A DNA stretch of 64,000 bases from Ginglymostoma cirratum (GCA_024137785.1 JAHRHZ010000016.1:37381404-37445403); one strand, 5' to 3'; shown: positions 24,255 to 37,645, counted from the stretch's first letter. Program-made: numbers and translations. Notes: generated by a model not told the origin, from the sequence alone.

Positions 24255-24612
24255 CATGAGAGGTATAGACAGGATGGATAGCAAGAAGCTTTTTCCCAGA
24301 GTGGGGGACTCAATTACTTGGGGTCACGATTTCAAGGTGAGAGGGGAAAAGTTTATGGGAGATATGCGTGGAAAGTTCTTTACGCAGAGGGCTGTGGGTG
24401 CCTGGAACACGTTGCCAGCGGAGGTGGTAGACGCGGGCACGATAGCGTCATTTAAGATGTATCTAGACCGATACATGATTGGGCAGGGAGCAGAGGGATA
24501 CAGATCCTTGGAAAATAGACGACTGGTTTAGATGGAGGATCTGGATCGGTGCAGGCTTGGAGGGCCGAAGGGCCTGTTCCTATGCTGTAATTTTCTTTGT
24601 GCTTTGTTCTAC
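24255..24612 (+). mobile_element. Young CR1 LINE 3' end
   Basis: MRGIDRMDSKKLFPRV..GH.FKVRG..RGKFFTQR.V.AWN.LP.EVV.A.TI.SFK..LD; tail GGGCCGAAGGGCCTGTTCC; CpGs retained. Confidence 0.92.
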
Positions 24613-25919
24613 TATGAACGTCCTTAGCAATCAATATTACTGGGGTGAATAAAGTAAAAAAAAATTGAACCAGGCGTCACATTGCCGAGGGTGTTTTTAG
24701 GAATTCTACTTTCACAACTCCACATTATTAATATTCCACCAATCTATTGATTTTATACATTAATTTGTTCACAGGTTACCCTGGGAGCTGAACTTTCTTT
24801 TACATCTAGTATGTTCATTCAAGAATTGTATTTGTTTACAATTAAAGATTCAAAACCATTGAATATAATAATGTTCTAAATTGCTCAGCTTCAGCATTAG
24901 TGTTTAATTTTGAGATAATGCGGTATCTTAAGAACTATTGTAACATGAGGGCGTGCCTTATGTTCTGTACGGTCCTTCTCTGACCTTGAGTTTGTAAAGA
25001 AACATTATATTATCCTCTTCCATTATGCATTTATCCTCAATTTGCTGATTAATCTTAATACTGCAATGATATTTTAAATCTTTCATCTTTATATCGATTT
25101 AATCCTGTTATTCTTTGAGATAGCATTACTGTATTCATGAATGTTTTAAATTAAATGACTGTAGAAATTAATACACTGTTATTCAGAAAACATGAAATAT
25201 TACCTTATTTGTTGTTTTAACAATTAAAAAGGTGGCTACCCAATTCTTCCATCATTTAATCCACCTTCTGCAGCCTTGATGGAGTTTATTGCTTCCCAAT
25301 TTTTGCAGTCTAAAATACCAAATGTTTGCTTCGATGCGATATTTTCAACAAAGTTCTCTGGCGGCAGTCTTGATAAATTTTCCCACCAGAAGTCTTGGAT
25401 ATTCTTAAATGTCTAATTTTTCCTGACTTTATTTTTTCTGAAAGATTCTTTCACTTGGTATCCATACATTTGCTTATTTTCAGTTGAGATAAGTTCTAAA
25501 GCCTTCCTGATTCTCTAAACTCAGTCTAAGTTTATTATTTGGTCTTTTCACCGTTACTTGCAGCTGCAGGCATTATGAGAGCTCTCTTTTTTCATTCCCT
25601 TGCCTTCTCTTAGCCTTCTCCCTTGTCTTCCGTTGCCTTTCTTCTATGGTCTTTGCACCAATTTTCATAAAGCTGTTCCCTTTTTGGTTTGGGATGTCTA
25701 AAGTCATCTTTGGAGCCTTTAGTTGCTCATTATAGAACCATTTTTGCTAAGGTTCTGGTTAGGACACGTTTTAAGTGTAGCTGGCTTCCCAATCTCTTCC
25801 AGCACACAGCATTGCCCCCAATTCTTCTGACCAACTTTGCCTATGGAGTGCTGAACCTGATGTTTTGTTACTTCCACGGCTGCTGTTCTCTCTGCCTATA
25901 ATCGAGTTTACTGCTGACT

Positions 25920-26265
25920 GAAACAAACTTAGAAAGTGCTGCAGAAATGCAGCAGGTCTGGCAATATTTGTGAAGAGAGAAACAGAGTTAAGGTTTTGAG
26001 TCCAATATGACTCAATTTTCGGAAAAGTTCTGAGGAAGAGTTATATCCTGCTCTGGGCGAGTCCATCTTTAGATCCTAATAAGGTCAAACATGTCATTTC
26101 TAGCTCCTGATATTCTTAATAGTTATATCCAACTGGCCAATATAACTTCTACCTATAATAGAACAAAGAACAATGGAAGGTGGAGATCTGAAACAGAACC
26201 CAAAATTGCTGGGGAGACTCATTTCTGTTTGTTTCAAATCTCCAGCATCTACAGTTCTTTGTTTT
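25920..26265. mobile_element. Old PLE terminal-repeat fragments (family B-like) in mixed orientation
   Basis: GCAGCAGGTCTGGCAATATTTGTG..AACAGAGTTAA (25945-25995) and an internally deleted fold-back at 26165-26262. Confidence 0.55.
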
Positions 26266-27350
26266 CAGTCACAGAATCATGCAGTATGGAAACAGACTCT
26301 TCGGTTCAACTAGTCCATGCTGAATATGTTCCCAAACTAAACTAGTCCCACTGGCTTGTGTTTGACCCATATCCCTCCAAACCTTTCCTCCTCATGTACT
26401 TTTCCAAAATGTTCATTCCACACATGAACCACTCTCTGTGTAAAAAAAGTTGGCTCTTGTGCTCTTTTTTAAACTTTCTCCTGTCACCTTAAAAAAATAT
26501 GCCCTCCAGTTTTGAACTCCCCCACCCTTGGGAAAAGATCTTTGCTGTTCAACTTATCACGTCCCTCATGATTTTATAAAAGTCAGTAAGGTCACTTCTC
26601 AACCTCCTACACTCCGGTAAATAAAGTCCCAGCCTATCCAACCTCTTTTTTTTTAACTCAAACCCCTATTGCTGGCAACATCCTGATAATTTTTTTCTGA
26701 ACCCTTTCCAATTTAATAATATCCTTCCTATAGCAGGGTGACCAGAAACGTATGCAGTTCTCCAGTCAAGGCCTCACCAATGTCCCGTACAACCTCAACA
26801 TGACGTCCCAACTCCTGTACTCAAAAGTCTGAAAAATGAAAGAAAGCATGCTAAACGCCTTATTCATCACACTGCCTACCTGCAACTCTACTTTCAAAGA
26901 ACTATGAACTCCTAGGTCTCTTTGTTTGGCAACACTCCAAGACCCTACCATTTACTGTATAAGTAGTGCCCTGGTTTGCCTTACCAAAATGCAACACCTT
27001 ACATTTACCTAAATTAAACTCTATCTGCCACTCCCTGGCCCAATTGCCTATCTGATCAAGGTCCCATTGTACTCTCAGATAACCTTCTTCACAGTCCACT
27101 GCAAGACCAGTTTTGTTGTCATCTGCAAATTTATTAACTATACCTCTTATATTCACATCAAATTATTTATGCAAATGACGAAAAGCAGTGGACCCAGTAA
27201 CAATCCCTGCAGCACCCCGCTGGTCACAAGTCTCCAGTCTGAAAAACACCCCTCCATCACTATTCTCTGTCTTCTACCTTCAAGCCAATTTTTTATCCAA
27301 TTGGCTGGTTCCCCTGGATCCCATGTGATCTAACCTGATGAACTAGTCAT
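26266..27350 (-). mobile_element. CR1 (HER1-like) LINE, RT 3' half and tail
   Basis: SGVLQGLLLGPL, NKFADDNK, W..EWQIEFNLGKCKVLHFG, LYGTLVRP. Confidence 0.92.
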
Positions 27351-27351
27351 C

Positions 27352-28045
27352 TTCCTATGTGCCAGGTATGACTCCAACCAGGGAGAGTTTGCACCCGATA
27401 CCCATTGATTCCAGTTTTGCTTGGGATACTTGATGCCACACTTGATCAAATGTATCCTTGATGTCAAGAGCTGTCACTCTCACCTCACCTCTGGAATTCA
27501 GCTCTTTTGTCTGTGTTTGAATCAAGACTCTAAAGAGGCCAGGAGCAGAGTGCCCCTGAAGGAATCTAAACTGAGTGTCACTGAACAGGTAATTGCTAAA
27601 CAGGTATAGCTTGATAGCATTGTTGATGACTCCTTCCATTATTTTACTGATGATCGAGAGTAGACTGTTGGGACGGTAATTGGCTGGGTTGGATTTGTCC
27701 TGCTTTTTGTGTACAGGACACAGCTGGGCAATTGTCCAATTGTCAAGTAGTTGCCAGTGTTGCAACTCTACTGGAGGAGCTTGGGAAAGGGAGCAGCAAG
27801 TTCTGGAACACAAGTCTTCCGTGCTAATGCCAAAATGTTGTCGGGAACCATAGCCTTTGTAGTATCCAGTGTCTCCAATAGTTTCTTGATATCACATGAA
27901 GTGATTCCAATTGGCTGAAGTCTGGCGTCAATGATGCTGTGGACCACTGGAGGAGGCCAAGACAAATCATCCACTTGGTACTTTTAACTGAAGATTGTTG
28001 CAAGTGCTTCACCCTTAACTTTCATACTGATGTGTTGGGATTTTC
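27352..28045 (-). mobile_element. L2/Crack-like LINE, RT N-terminal part
   Basis: KAMVPDNI..CVPELAAP..KL, CPVHKKQDKSNPANYRP.SLLSIISK, ALDIKDTFDQVWH. Confidence 0.85.
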
Positions 28046-28099
28046 CAGCATAGAGTTTTAGGTTTTGCAGGCTATAATTCATCTAAGAATAAAGAAGTC

Positions 28100-28530
28100 T
28101 CACAATTGCACAATGAATTAGTGAGGCCACACCTGAGATACTGTGAGTATTTTTGGTCTTTTTACCTTACCAATAATATACTTGTCTTCTGGGGGATTGC
28201 AATAGAAGCTCACAAGACTAGCTTCTGGGATTGGGGCATTGTTGTATGAAGAAAGATTGAGTAGATTACAAGTATATTCCATGCAATTTAGATGAATGTG
28301 ATATGATCAGATTGGAACATATAAAATTTATGAAGGACTTGATTGGGTAGATGTTGCGAAAATGTTCTCGTGGCTGAGAAATTTAGGACACAGGGTCACA
28401 GTCTCTGAAAAAGTGGGTGGCCTTGTAGGACTGAAATAAGTAAGCTTTCTTTCACACAAGGCATTGTGAATCTTGCAATTCTCCACCCCACAAGCTCTGG
28501 TTGCTGCATTGCTGAGTGCATTCAAGATAA
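28100..28530 (+). mobile_element. Old CR1 LINE 3' fragment
   Basis: LVRPHL(E)YC, YEERL..L, TQG.VNL.N decayed motifs. Confidence 0.6.
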
Positions 28531-29009
28531 AGTGGAATTTATTCTATTCTCATGTAAATAAGGAGGCAGCACCAAATTCTTTTATGGTAAAGGTGTGCGT
28601 CCAAAAATAGTATGAACCAGTTTCTACACCACTATATTAAATGGATTCTCACAGTTTTGTCTATCTTCCCATGCCCTAACAGAATTCAGTATTTGAAGGT
28701 TGAGGCATTCTTCCCTGTGAACAGAAGTAAGATATTGCTAAAATTGGACAATCATTTCTACACAATTGACTTATGTAACACATGTACAGAGCTGCCTACC
28801 TTTTAACATAGTGACAGAATAGAAAATCAATCTTGTCGCAAGGCCAAGAATTTATCGGACAGCGTTTGGTGCAATGCAAAATTTCAAGCACATATATGTT
28901 TCATATCAAAAGGAGCTACCTGGTAGCTTTCAAATTTTAATCAGATAATATGGCATTTGAGTCTATTCCATTTTTAACAGTGGGCTGGATTTTTCTCATT
29001 ATTCATGTA

Positions 29010-29325
29010 CCAAATGTGGACATTATTTGTAAAGCCTGCAATTATTGTCTATTATAAATGTCCTTGAAGATGGTGGTACGTTAAAGCCTTGATTACAACA
29101 GATTGGTTTGCTAGGCTACTTCAGAGAGTAGATATGAATGTTGCCGTAGAGTTGAAGTCACGCTTAGAACAGTCCATGTAGGAATAACAGATTTTCTTTC
29201 CTGGTTTGACAAGGTTTGACAATAATTTGGTTATATCATGGTCACCGTTATTAATGTTAACTCTTTATTCTAGATTTATTTAATTAATGAAATTTAATTT
29301 CATGAGCTGCTGTGTTGGAAATTCA
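29010..29325 (-). mobile_element. Degenerate SINE of the 7735-8060 family
   Basis: Reverse-complement similarity (CAGATTTTCTTTCC, ATCATGGTCACC, TTCTAGATTTATT, AATTTAATTTCATGAGCTGC). Confidence 0.5.
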
Positions 29326-29949
29326 AGGACTGAACTGTCGCCCTGGATTTGGGAAACATGAGTCAGGTTAGATCACCGACACCCGTCTGTTCACCCCATG
29401 CCCGTAATATCTTCATTTTTATGAGAATTAGGTGGACAAGATTTAGGTCTGCCACCTCCTTAGGTAGGCTAAGGGGTGTGGAGATGTGTGGGTATTGAGG
29501 CAGGCTGATTAGAAGGCCTGCTCCTGTTCTCTGGGACATCAGGCCAGGCCTCCACAAAATTATGATGTTTCCTACACTTCACTTTTCACCCACCATCCGT
29601 GCGTCCTCCTATTCCCCATGTCATCTCCGTTCACCATACTCCACGCATGTATCCTCAAACCACTCATCCAGCATTCACTTTTAACAAATTTTAGCATCCA
29701 TGTCGAATCAATGCAACACCTTTGAAAAAGACTTAAAAATTTTCAATCTCACAAGCTCCTTAAACTGACCTCAAATATACATGCAGACATTCATATTGCA
29801 TAAAGAGGCTTCCGATCCCATTGAAACATATTTGAATTCTCTAAAGTGATCACAATGTTGTGAAAATGAACAAGTAGCTAATCAAAGACTAATGATCTAA
29901 TAATCTATTATATCCTAATAGTCCTGACAACCAAATGAAACTCTTAGAG

Positions 29950-30078
29950 ACAAAAAAAAAGCTGCAAATGCTGGAATCCAAGGTACATAAACAGGAGGCT
30001 GAAAGAACACAACAAGCCAGGCTGCATCTGGAGGAAAGGATCAGTCAATGTTTTGGGTATTACTTTTTTTCGGGACTC
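29950..30078 (-). mobile_element. Old PLE terminal-repeat fragment
   Basis: AAAGCTGCAAATGCTGGAATCCAAGG..GAACACAACAAGCCAGGCTGCATC..GTCAATGTTTTGGG. Confidence 0.6.
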
Positions 30079-30964
30079 TTATTCACTTGAACAGTTATGC
30101 AAACAACCTCTAAGTAATCTCTTAGCAACAAGCTAAGGGCATGACTAATTCGTGACTGTCGGGTGTGCATTTAAATTTGCACTGGCTGTGCTATCGGAGC
30201 ATTATATCAAATTGCAACGAACTCTGTTGAAATGGAATGAAACAATATTTTTCTTTCTTTTTAAACAACTATTCTTTTCTACTGTTTGGAAGCACAAGAG
30301 CACTTTTCCCGTTGAGAAGATGATTTCTTTAACACATCTGTACACTTACATAATACTGATTAATGTAACAATCGACTTTCCATGACAAAGCCCTATGATG
30401 CATCATTAAAACTTACCGTGGGGCTTTCAATTCAAAGTCCCCCAGTCTTCCTCAGTGGTAACCCTGACAGCACACAATGTGCATGCAGGTTCACAATTCA
30501 ACCCTTTTCCCATCCAAGAGATGTGTTTTTTGTAGCTTAAGTGGAGTATTCTATTGAATATTAAGTCCCATGGACCTTATTATTCCACTTTGTGACACCT
30601 TCCCCACTTTCAATTGGGATCAAAAACCCAGCCCCATGTCTTTGAATTCCAGGCTCCAGGCCTCTCTGGATTACTATTACAACAGTCTAACCACTATGAT
30701 CCAGATCCCTAAAGATTTGTTGTTTCAATTAAACTGGTTCATCCTGTGCATGAGATGTAAACATGTATCCTGTTTACCTCTTGATTTGGATAGTGAACAC
30801 CCACCGCACAGATTGCACAGCAGCATTGTGTTCTGGTGTCATCCAATCATGCTTTAAATTTCTTCCTCTAACAAATTCTCCTTTTATCGATACTACCAAG
30901 TACAGATCAATTGGAAATTAACATTATTTTAAGTTTATGCAAGCATGATTCAAATTTTTTTTTT

Positions 30965-31090
30965 TCTGTTCTGAAGAAGCTTCATACTGGACTAAAACAA
31001 ATTAATTCTGTTTTTGTCTCCACAATTGCTAGAGCCCTTCTCTAGCATTCTGTGTTTGCTTCCATTTCACGGCATTGCAATATTTTACAT
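30965..31090 (+). mobile_element. Old PLE terminal-repeat fragment
   Basis: GTTCTGAAGAAG..TGGACT..TTAATTCTGTTT..TCTCCACA..TCTAGCATTCTGTG. Confidence 0.5.
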
Positions 31091-31159
31091 ATATTCCAGT
31101 AACTCTTGTTGATGGAATAAGAGCCACTGCATTTAAAATTAGTTACATATAAACATCTG

Positions 31160-32620
31160 AATTTGGAGCAGGATTAAGCAACTTAGCCCCTCAAGGCTGC
31201 ATTGCTATTCAGTAAGAGTGTGGCTGTTCTCGTTATTTCACATTCTCGCCAACTCTTCATAACATTCCACCCACTACCTTATCAAGAATCTGGCTAACTT
31301 TGCTGGAAGAATCACCAAAGGAACTATTTCCACTGCCTTTTGAGGAAGAGAATTCCAAAACTCATGATCTGCTGTGAACAAAGATATCTCCTCATCCCTG
31401 TTTGAAATATGAGACCCCTTATTTTTAAGCAGTGACTCCTAATGCTGGATTCTCCCGCAGAAAAAAAACGTCTTTTTCAGGTGCATCATGCAAAAACTTC
31501 CAGGATCTTACATGTTTCAATCAACTCTTCTGAACTTCAAAGGAAACAAGCCTAAACTGTTCAACCTTTCCTCATAAGACAGCTCACCCATTCTAGTCTC
31601 TAAACTGCTTCAACACATCTACGTCCTCTATTTAATAAGGAAACTAATATTGTACACACTACTCCAGATGTGGCCTCAACAATACAGTGCATGATTGAAG
31701 CATAACCTCCCTACCTTTGTACTCAATTCCTTTCACAATAAATAATAACATTGCATCGGCTTTCTGAATTATTTATCCTGCCTGCGGACTAATCTTTTTT
31801 GATTAATGCCCTGAGATACCAGATCATTCTGCATTTCAAAGCTTTGAAATCTCAAAAACATTTAGATAACTTGATCATATGTTATTCTTCCTGCAAAAAT
31901 AATCGATTTTATATGTTCATACTTTATTCCCATTAGGTAGATCTTTGTTCACTCATGTCACTTATCTATATTCCTTATATTATCTTTACAACTTTCTTTC
32001 CTATGTATCTTTGCATCATCAGTAAATTTAGCAAATTAGTAAATTGTCACTGTTTTCATATTTCTAACGTGTACTCTCTCTTAAATATTTTATGTCCTTA
32101 TTAATTTTGTCATATCATGCTCATATTTTCAAATTCTGTCCAATCTTTTGACTTGATTCCCAACTTTATTTTCCATTAGCTTTAAGACTATATTTAACTT
32201 TGTTAGTTAAACATATATAGCAAATATAACACTTGTATTTTGCTTCTTCTCATTTGAATACGTCTATTCTGCATGTCCTGAAGCATCCCCTTAAATGTCG
32301 TCAACTCCATTTCTATTGATCTACCCCTCACCTAATTTGCCAATTTGGTTTACTTTCATGTCCTCCTAATTACCATTATTGATATTTGAAATCTATATTG
32401 ATATTTGAAGTGTTGGAATTACTCTGTTCTCCCTTAAACTCAATGTGAAATTTAATCATATTATGGCTGCTACCTCAGGGTGCCTTCGTTATAGGATCAC
32501 TAATTAATCCAATCCTGCACAATACCAGGTCAATTATAACAATATCTCTGGTTGGCTCCAGAACTCCTCATCTAGGCTATTTTGCCCATCTGATTTTCCC
32601 AGTCTATATGTGGATTCATT
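31160..32620 (-). mobile_element. Old CR1 LINE remnants
   Basis: Tail TTGGAGCAGGA..AGCCCCTCAAG, CACTACTCCAGATGTGG (HLE.CV), CATCATCAGTAAATTTAGC (KF.DD). Confidence 0.65.
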
Positions 32621-33269
32621 ATTTCTGACGTGCTTGCAGATGACTCTGAGATGCACGATAAAGTGTTATATGAGTTCAAGTCCATCTTTTTTCTCCTCTG
32701 TCAGAAAGACATTGAAGAAATGCAATTTGTGTGTCAACCTACAGCAGAGTTCATATTTTCAACAGAACAAATCGCTCCAAATTTAGAATTTCTAACCTAA
32801 AAGATACATTTTCTGCTGTTGCTGATTATTTTCCTCAAGAAATTTGCTTTCATTTGCTGAATTTCCACCCTTGTTATCAAGAGTTATTTTCATCCAACTA
32901 GTTATTTTTGTATTACAAACCACAATGCTGGAGTTTAGAAATAAAGTACAGAATAACATAGAAATAAATGAGAAGACAACTTGAAAAGTTATTTTCTCAA
33001 GTTTAAAAAGCTGAAGATTGTAATAATAACTTGGCAATTCTGATCTTGACTCCATTTGGATTCCTTTGTGTTGTCATATTTATGTTCCCAGTGCTTTAAA
33101 AACAAAGGCAGGAGAAAAGCTAAAATATTCCGGTTCTGTTCCATTTTCACAGCTTGTTGTGAAGTAATAATCTGCAGTAAATTAAACACACTGTGCAATA
33201 GTTTAATAATTTTCTTCCTGGATTACAAAACCTTAGGCTGAATTTTATGGGACACTTACAAATAGTAAA

Positions 33270-34520
33270 GTCATAACTTAGGACACTCTGCCATCGGTTT
33301 GACGTTTTATTTTGTGGAATGGATTTGTTTGCCAAACTTGTTTGAGCTTTGAGAGCGTTACCAACAGAATTGATAAAGGGGAATGGGTGGATGTAGTACA
33401 GTTGAATTTACAGGCTTTGATGAAGTGCCACAAAGAAGTGGGTTAGCAAAGTTAAAGCAGATGGGATAAGAGCTAATACGCAGACATAACTATTGGTAGA
33501 AAGCCAAAAGTAGGAATAAATGGGTCATTCTCAACTTTGTGGGCTATAATTGGGGGGATACTGCAATCATCAATACTGGGATCCCAGCTGTTCTTAATAT
33601 ATATCAATGATTTGGATGTGGAAACAGAATTAAATATTAACAAGTTCACAGATGGTACAAAGCTAGCTGGGAATATGTGCTGTTAGTAATATTGCTAAAG
33701 GATTTGAACAGATTTAACGTATGGACAAGAAAATGGCAGTGGGAATGTAATATTGAAAAATGTGAGGTCACCCACTTTGGTAGAAGGAACAGATGTGTGG
33801 AGTAAATCTTAAATGGTAAGAAATTGGAAGGCGTCAGTCTATAAAAGAATCTTGTTAATTCATTACTGAAGCCTAACATGCAGGTGCAGCAAGCTATTAG
33901 GAAGACTAATGGAACTTTAACTATTATTGCAAAAGGATTTAAATAGAGGTGTAATGCTTCAGCATTATAGAACTTGGGTTAGAAATCACCTAGGCTACTT
34001 TTGTGCAGTTTTGGTCCCCTTACTTTGAGGGGGGTGGATATTATAGCAAACAGAAGCAGTGCAACGAAGGTTCACCACATTGTTCCGAGGATGGCAGTAC
34101 TGTCCTATGAAGAGATTTGTTGGAAACTGGGCCTGCATTTTCTTGAATTTCAAAGAATAAGTGTTGATTTCATTGAAATCCACAAAATACATAAAGGAAT
34201 AGTCAAGTTAAGATAGTTCTTGTTGGGTTAGGGAGTCTGCAATCAGGGCACACAATTTCAAAATGTGGAAGAAGCTATTGAGGATAAAGTTAAGAGGATT
34301 TATTTTACCCAGGGAATTATGGAATTTTGGTGAATGTCTTTAGTCCAAAGGGTTTTGAAAGTACAATAATTGATTATGTCAAAAATAGAGATTGACAGAT
34401 TTCTAAATACCAATGAAGTAAAGAGATATAGTAACAATGTAGGAAAAAGATATTGAATTATGACCAGCATACTTGAAGTATAACAGTACATATGATCAGC
34501 AATGACTGTATTGAATTGAG
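33270..34520 (+). mobile_element. Old CR1 LINE RT and 3' region (tail resumes at ~35625-35680)
   Basis: Q..ILGSQLFLIYINDL, NKFTDGTKL, WQWECNIEKCEVTHFGR, FCAVLVP. Confidence 0.8.
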
Positions 34521-35622
34521 TCATTTGGATACAGAACTGCCTTGTAGGTGAGAGACAAAGCCAGGTGATAGAGGGTCACTTTTTCAGACTGGAGGCCTGT
34601 GACCAATGGTGTGGCACATAGATTGGTGCTGGGTCCACTGCTTTTCATCACTTATATAAACAATTTGAATGTGAACATAGGAGGTATGGTTAGTAAGTTT
34701 GCAGATGGCACCAATATTGGTGGTGTGGTGGACAGCCAAGAAGATTGCCCCAGAATACAACAGGACTTTGATCAGATGGACCAATGGGCTGGGGAGTGGC
34801 AGATGAAATTTACTTTAAATTATTGTGAGGTGCTGCATCTTGGAAAGTCAAATCAGGGCAGGGCTTATACACTTAATGATAAGTTCCTGGGAAGTATTGC
34901 TGAACAAAGAGACCTTGGAGTGCAGATTCATAGTTCCTTGAAAGTGGAGTTGCAGGTAGACAGGACAGTGAAGAAGGCATTTGGTATGCTTGCCTTTATA
35001 GGTCAGTTCATTGAGTATAGGAGTTGGGAGGTTATGTTGAGGCTGTACAGGACATTGGTTAGGCCAATATTGGAATACTGTGTTCAATTCTGGGCTCCGT
35101 GCTGTAGGAACAATGTTGTGAAACTTGAAAGGTTCAGAAAAGATTTACAAGAATGTTGCCAGGATTGGGGGGTTTCAGCTAAAGGCAGAGGCTTAATAGG
35201 CTGGAATATTTTCACTGAAGCATCGATGGCTGAGGGGTGGCCTTATAGAAGTTTATAAAATCTTGACGGGCGTGGATAGGGTGAATAACCAAAGTCTTTC
35301 CCCAGGTTAGGGGAGTTCAAAACTAGAGGGCATAGGTGTAAGATGAGAGGGAAAATGTTTAAAAGGGACTTAAGGTGCAACTTTTTCACACAGAGGGTGA
35401 TGTGTGTATTGAATGAGCTGCCAGAGGAAGTGGCAAATGCTGGTACAATTACAACATTTTAAAAACATCTAGATGGGTACATGAATAGAAAGAGTTTAGA
35501 GGGATATGGGCCAAATGCTGGCAAATGGTACTAGTTTAATTTAGGATATCTGGCTGGTATGGACAAGTTGGTCTGAAGGTCTGTTTGCATACTGTACAGC
35601 TCTGAGACTTTATGACTCTATG
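34521..35622 (+). mobile_element. Younger CR1 (HER1-like) LINE nested in the tail of an older CR1
   Basis: ORF 34599-35258: VLGPLLFITYINNL, SKFADGT, WQMKF..CEVLHLG, LYRTLVRPILEYCVQFWAP. Confidence 0.95.
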
Positions 35623-36272
35623 AGGGCAAACTTGACAAATTAAATGGCCTACTCCTGCTGTTATATTTCTATGGACTGGATAGCACCATATTTTGGCAAT
35701 GTGTAATTTTGGTTGAATTTCATTACAGGTTTCTCTCCAAGAGGCCAAGTGTGCTTTCTTGTATTATTATACCAAACTTGTCTCATTAACTACCTTCCAT
35801 GGTCCTATTGGTGTACTTTCATCCAATGCTAACCCAATTCTCCTACTTGCTGTACCCAGAAGCACTCACCCCTGCTGGGATTAGAATACCCGGTCCCAGC
35901 CCCATCTTTAAAAGGTCATTGGTTCACTCAGTCAAGCACTCTCAGTCAGGAGCAGTCCTGCATGGTTTGTGACAATTGACCTGAAAATAACAAATAAGGG
36001 GGAAATTGATATTCTGCTTTATAGACAGCCACCTGGAGATCATGTTGGGGTGGCAGTGCACAGGAAGAATATCATCTTCCCAAAGGACTAGCAAAGGAGG
36101 CTACAACACCAGACACTGCCAGCCTGGGCTAAGGCTGCCACCTGGGTCTCTATGGTCTCAGCCATCTGGAGAAACACCAAACAGTTTAGAAAGAAGATCA
36201 GTGACCTTCTCCACTCTACCAGAGGTAGAATAGAAAACTACATATTACTGAAGCAAGATGAAGTAACACTGA

Positions 36273-36459
36273 GAGATAGTAAGAACTGCTGATGCCGGAG
36301 TCAGAGATGACAGTGTGGAGCTGGAGGAACACAACAGGCCAGGCAGAATCAGAGGAACAGGAGGCTTGATGTTTCAGCTCAGGAAGGGTCCTGCCCTGAA
36401 ACATCAACTCTCCTGCTCCTCTGATGCTGCCTGGCCTGCTGTGTTCCGCCAGCTCCACA
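36273..36459. mobile_element. Older palindromic PLE-derived insertion with 15-bp TSD
   Basis: Arms TGTGGAGCTGG..GATGTTTCAG and CTGAAACATC..CCAGCTCCACA; ATGAAGTAACACTGA at 36258-36272 and 36460-36474. Confidence 0.88.
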
Positions 36460-36834
36460 ATGAAGTAACACTGACCATGATAAGGTGTGATAGTCCCCAT
36501 TTATAGGCTTCTCACTGGGGACTCACAAGAATCTAGTCTTGATGTACAGAACCTAGTTGGAAAATTTAGCTTGTTGCTGTCACTGATAAGAAAGTCTTCA
36601 CTTCTCACACAAGTTTCCCAATTTCTCTCTATAGCCCATGCCATTCAGCACTTTGGAAAATTCCACTTTATGTTCTATCTGCTTGTTCTCGATTAAATCA
36701 CAATTATTTTTAATCTGAAATGAATTTACCTAGAAAGTATGGATCTTCAATTGCAGATTTACCACTCAAAGTTGCACTGAGTCCTCTTTTGCTTGATCAA
36801 TGACTTCTATGTTTAAAAGTCCTTACAGTTTGCA

Positions 36835-37645
36835 TCATAGAGTTACAGAGTCATAGAAGTCTACAGCCGGGAAACAGGCCCTTCAGTCCAACTTGCCCAT
36901 GCTGCCCATTTTTCACAATTTAAACTGGTTCCATTTGCTTGCATTTGGTCCATATCCATCCATGCCTATCTCATCCATGTACCTGTCTAAATGTTTCTCA
37001 AATGACAAAATTGTACTTGATTCCACCACTACGTCTGCCAGCCCATTCCAGACACTAACCACCCTCTGTGTGAACAAATTGCCTCTCTCGACCCTTTTGT
37101 ACCTCTCCCCTCTCACTTAAAACCTGTGCCATCTCATTTTAGATTGCCCTACCTTGGAGAACAGCTGTTGGCTATCTACCTTATCTATGCCTCATGATTT
37201 TATAGACCTCTATCCTTGTTCAATCTCCTACGGTCCAGGGAAAAAAAGCCCCAGCCTATCCAACCTCTCGTTATAACTCAAACCTTCCAGTTCAGGTAGC
37301 ATCCTAGTAAATGTTTTCTGCATTCTTTCTAGTTTAATAATATCCTTTCTCTAGTAGGTCAACCAGAACTACAAGCAGTACTCCCAATGTGGCCATACCA
37401 AAATCTTGTACAACTGCAATAAGATGTCCCAACTCCTATACTCAGTGCTCTGACAGATGAAAGCAAGCATGCTGAAAGCCTTTTTCACCACCCTGTTTAC
37501 CTGTGACTACATTTTCAAGGGCGTATGAACCTGTACCCCTTGATCTCTTTGTTCTATAACACATCCCAGAGTCCTACCATTGGCTGTGTAAGTCCTGCCC
37601 TGGTTTGCCTTACCAAAATACAACACCTTGCATTTATCTAAATCA
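36835..37645 (-). mobile_element. CR1 LINE 3' portion
   Basis: RGNLFTQRVVSVWNGL..VVES.TI.SF.KHLD; CATAGAGT-type tail. Confidence 0.9.

Noticed and set aside
34599-35258. 219-aa ORF as a host gene
   Set aside because: Fragment of CR1 reverse transcriptase; truncated, frameshifted and with the catalytic FADD altered
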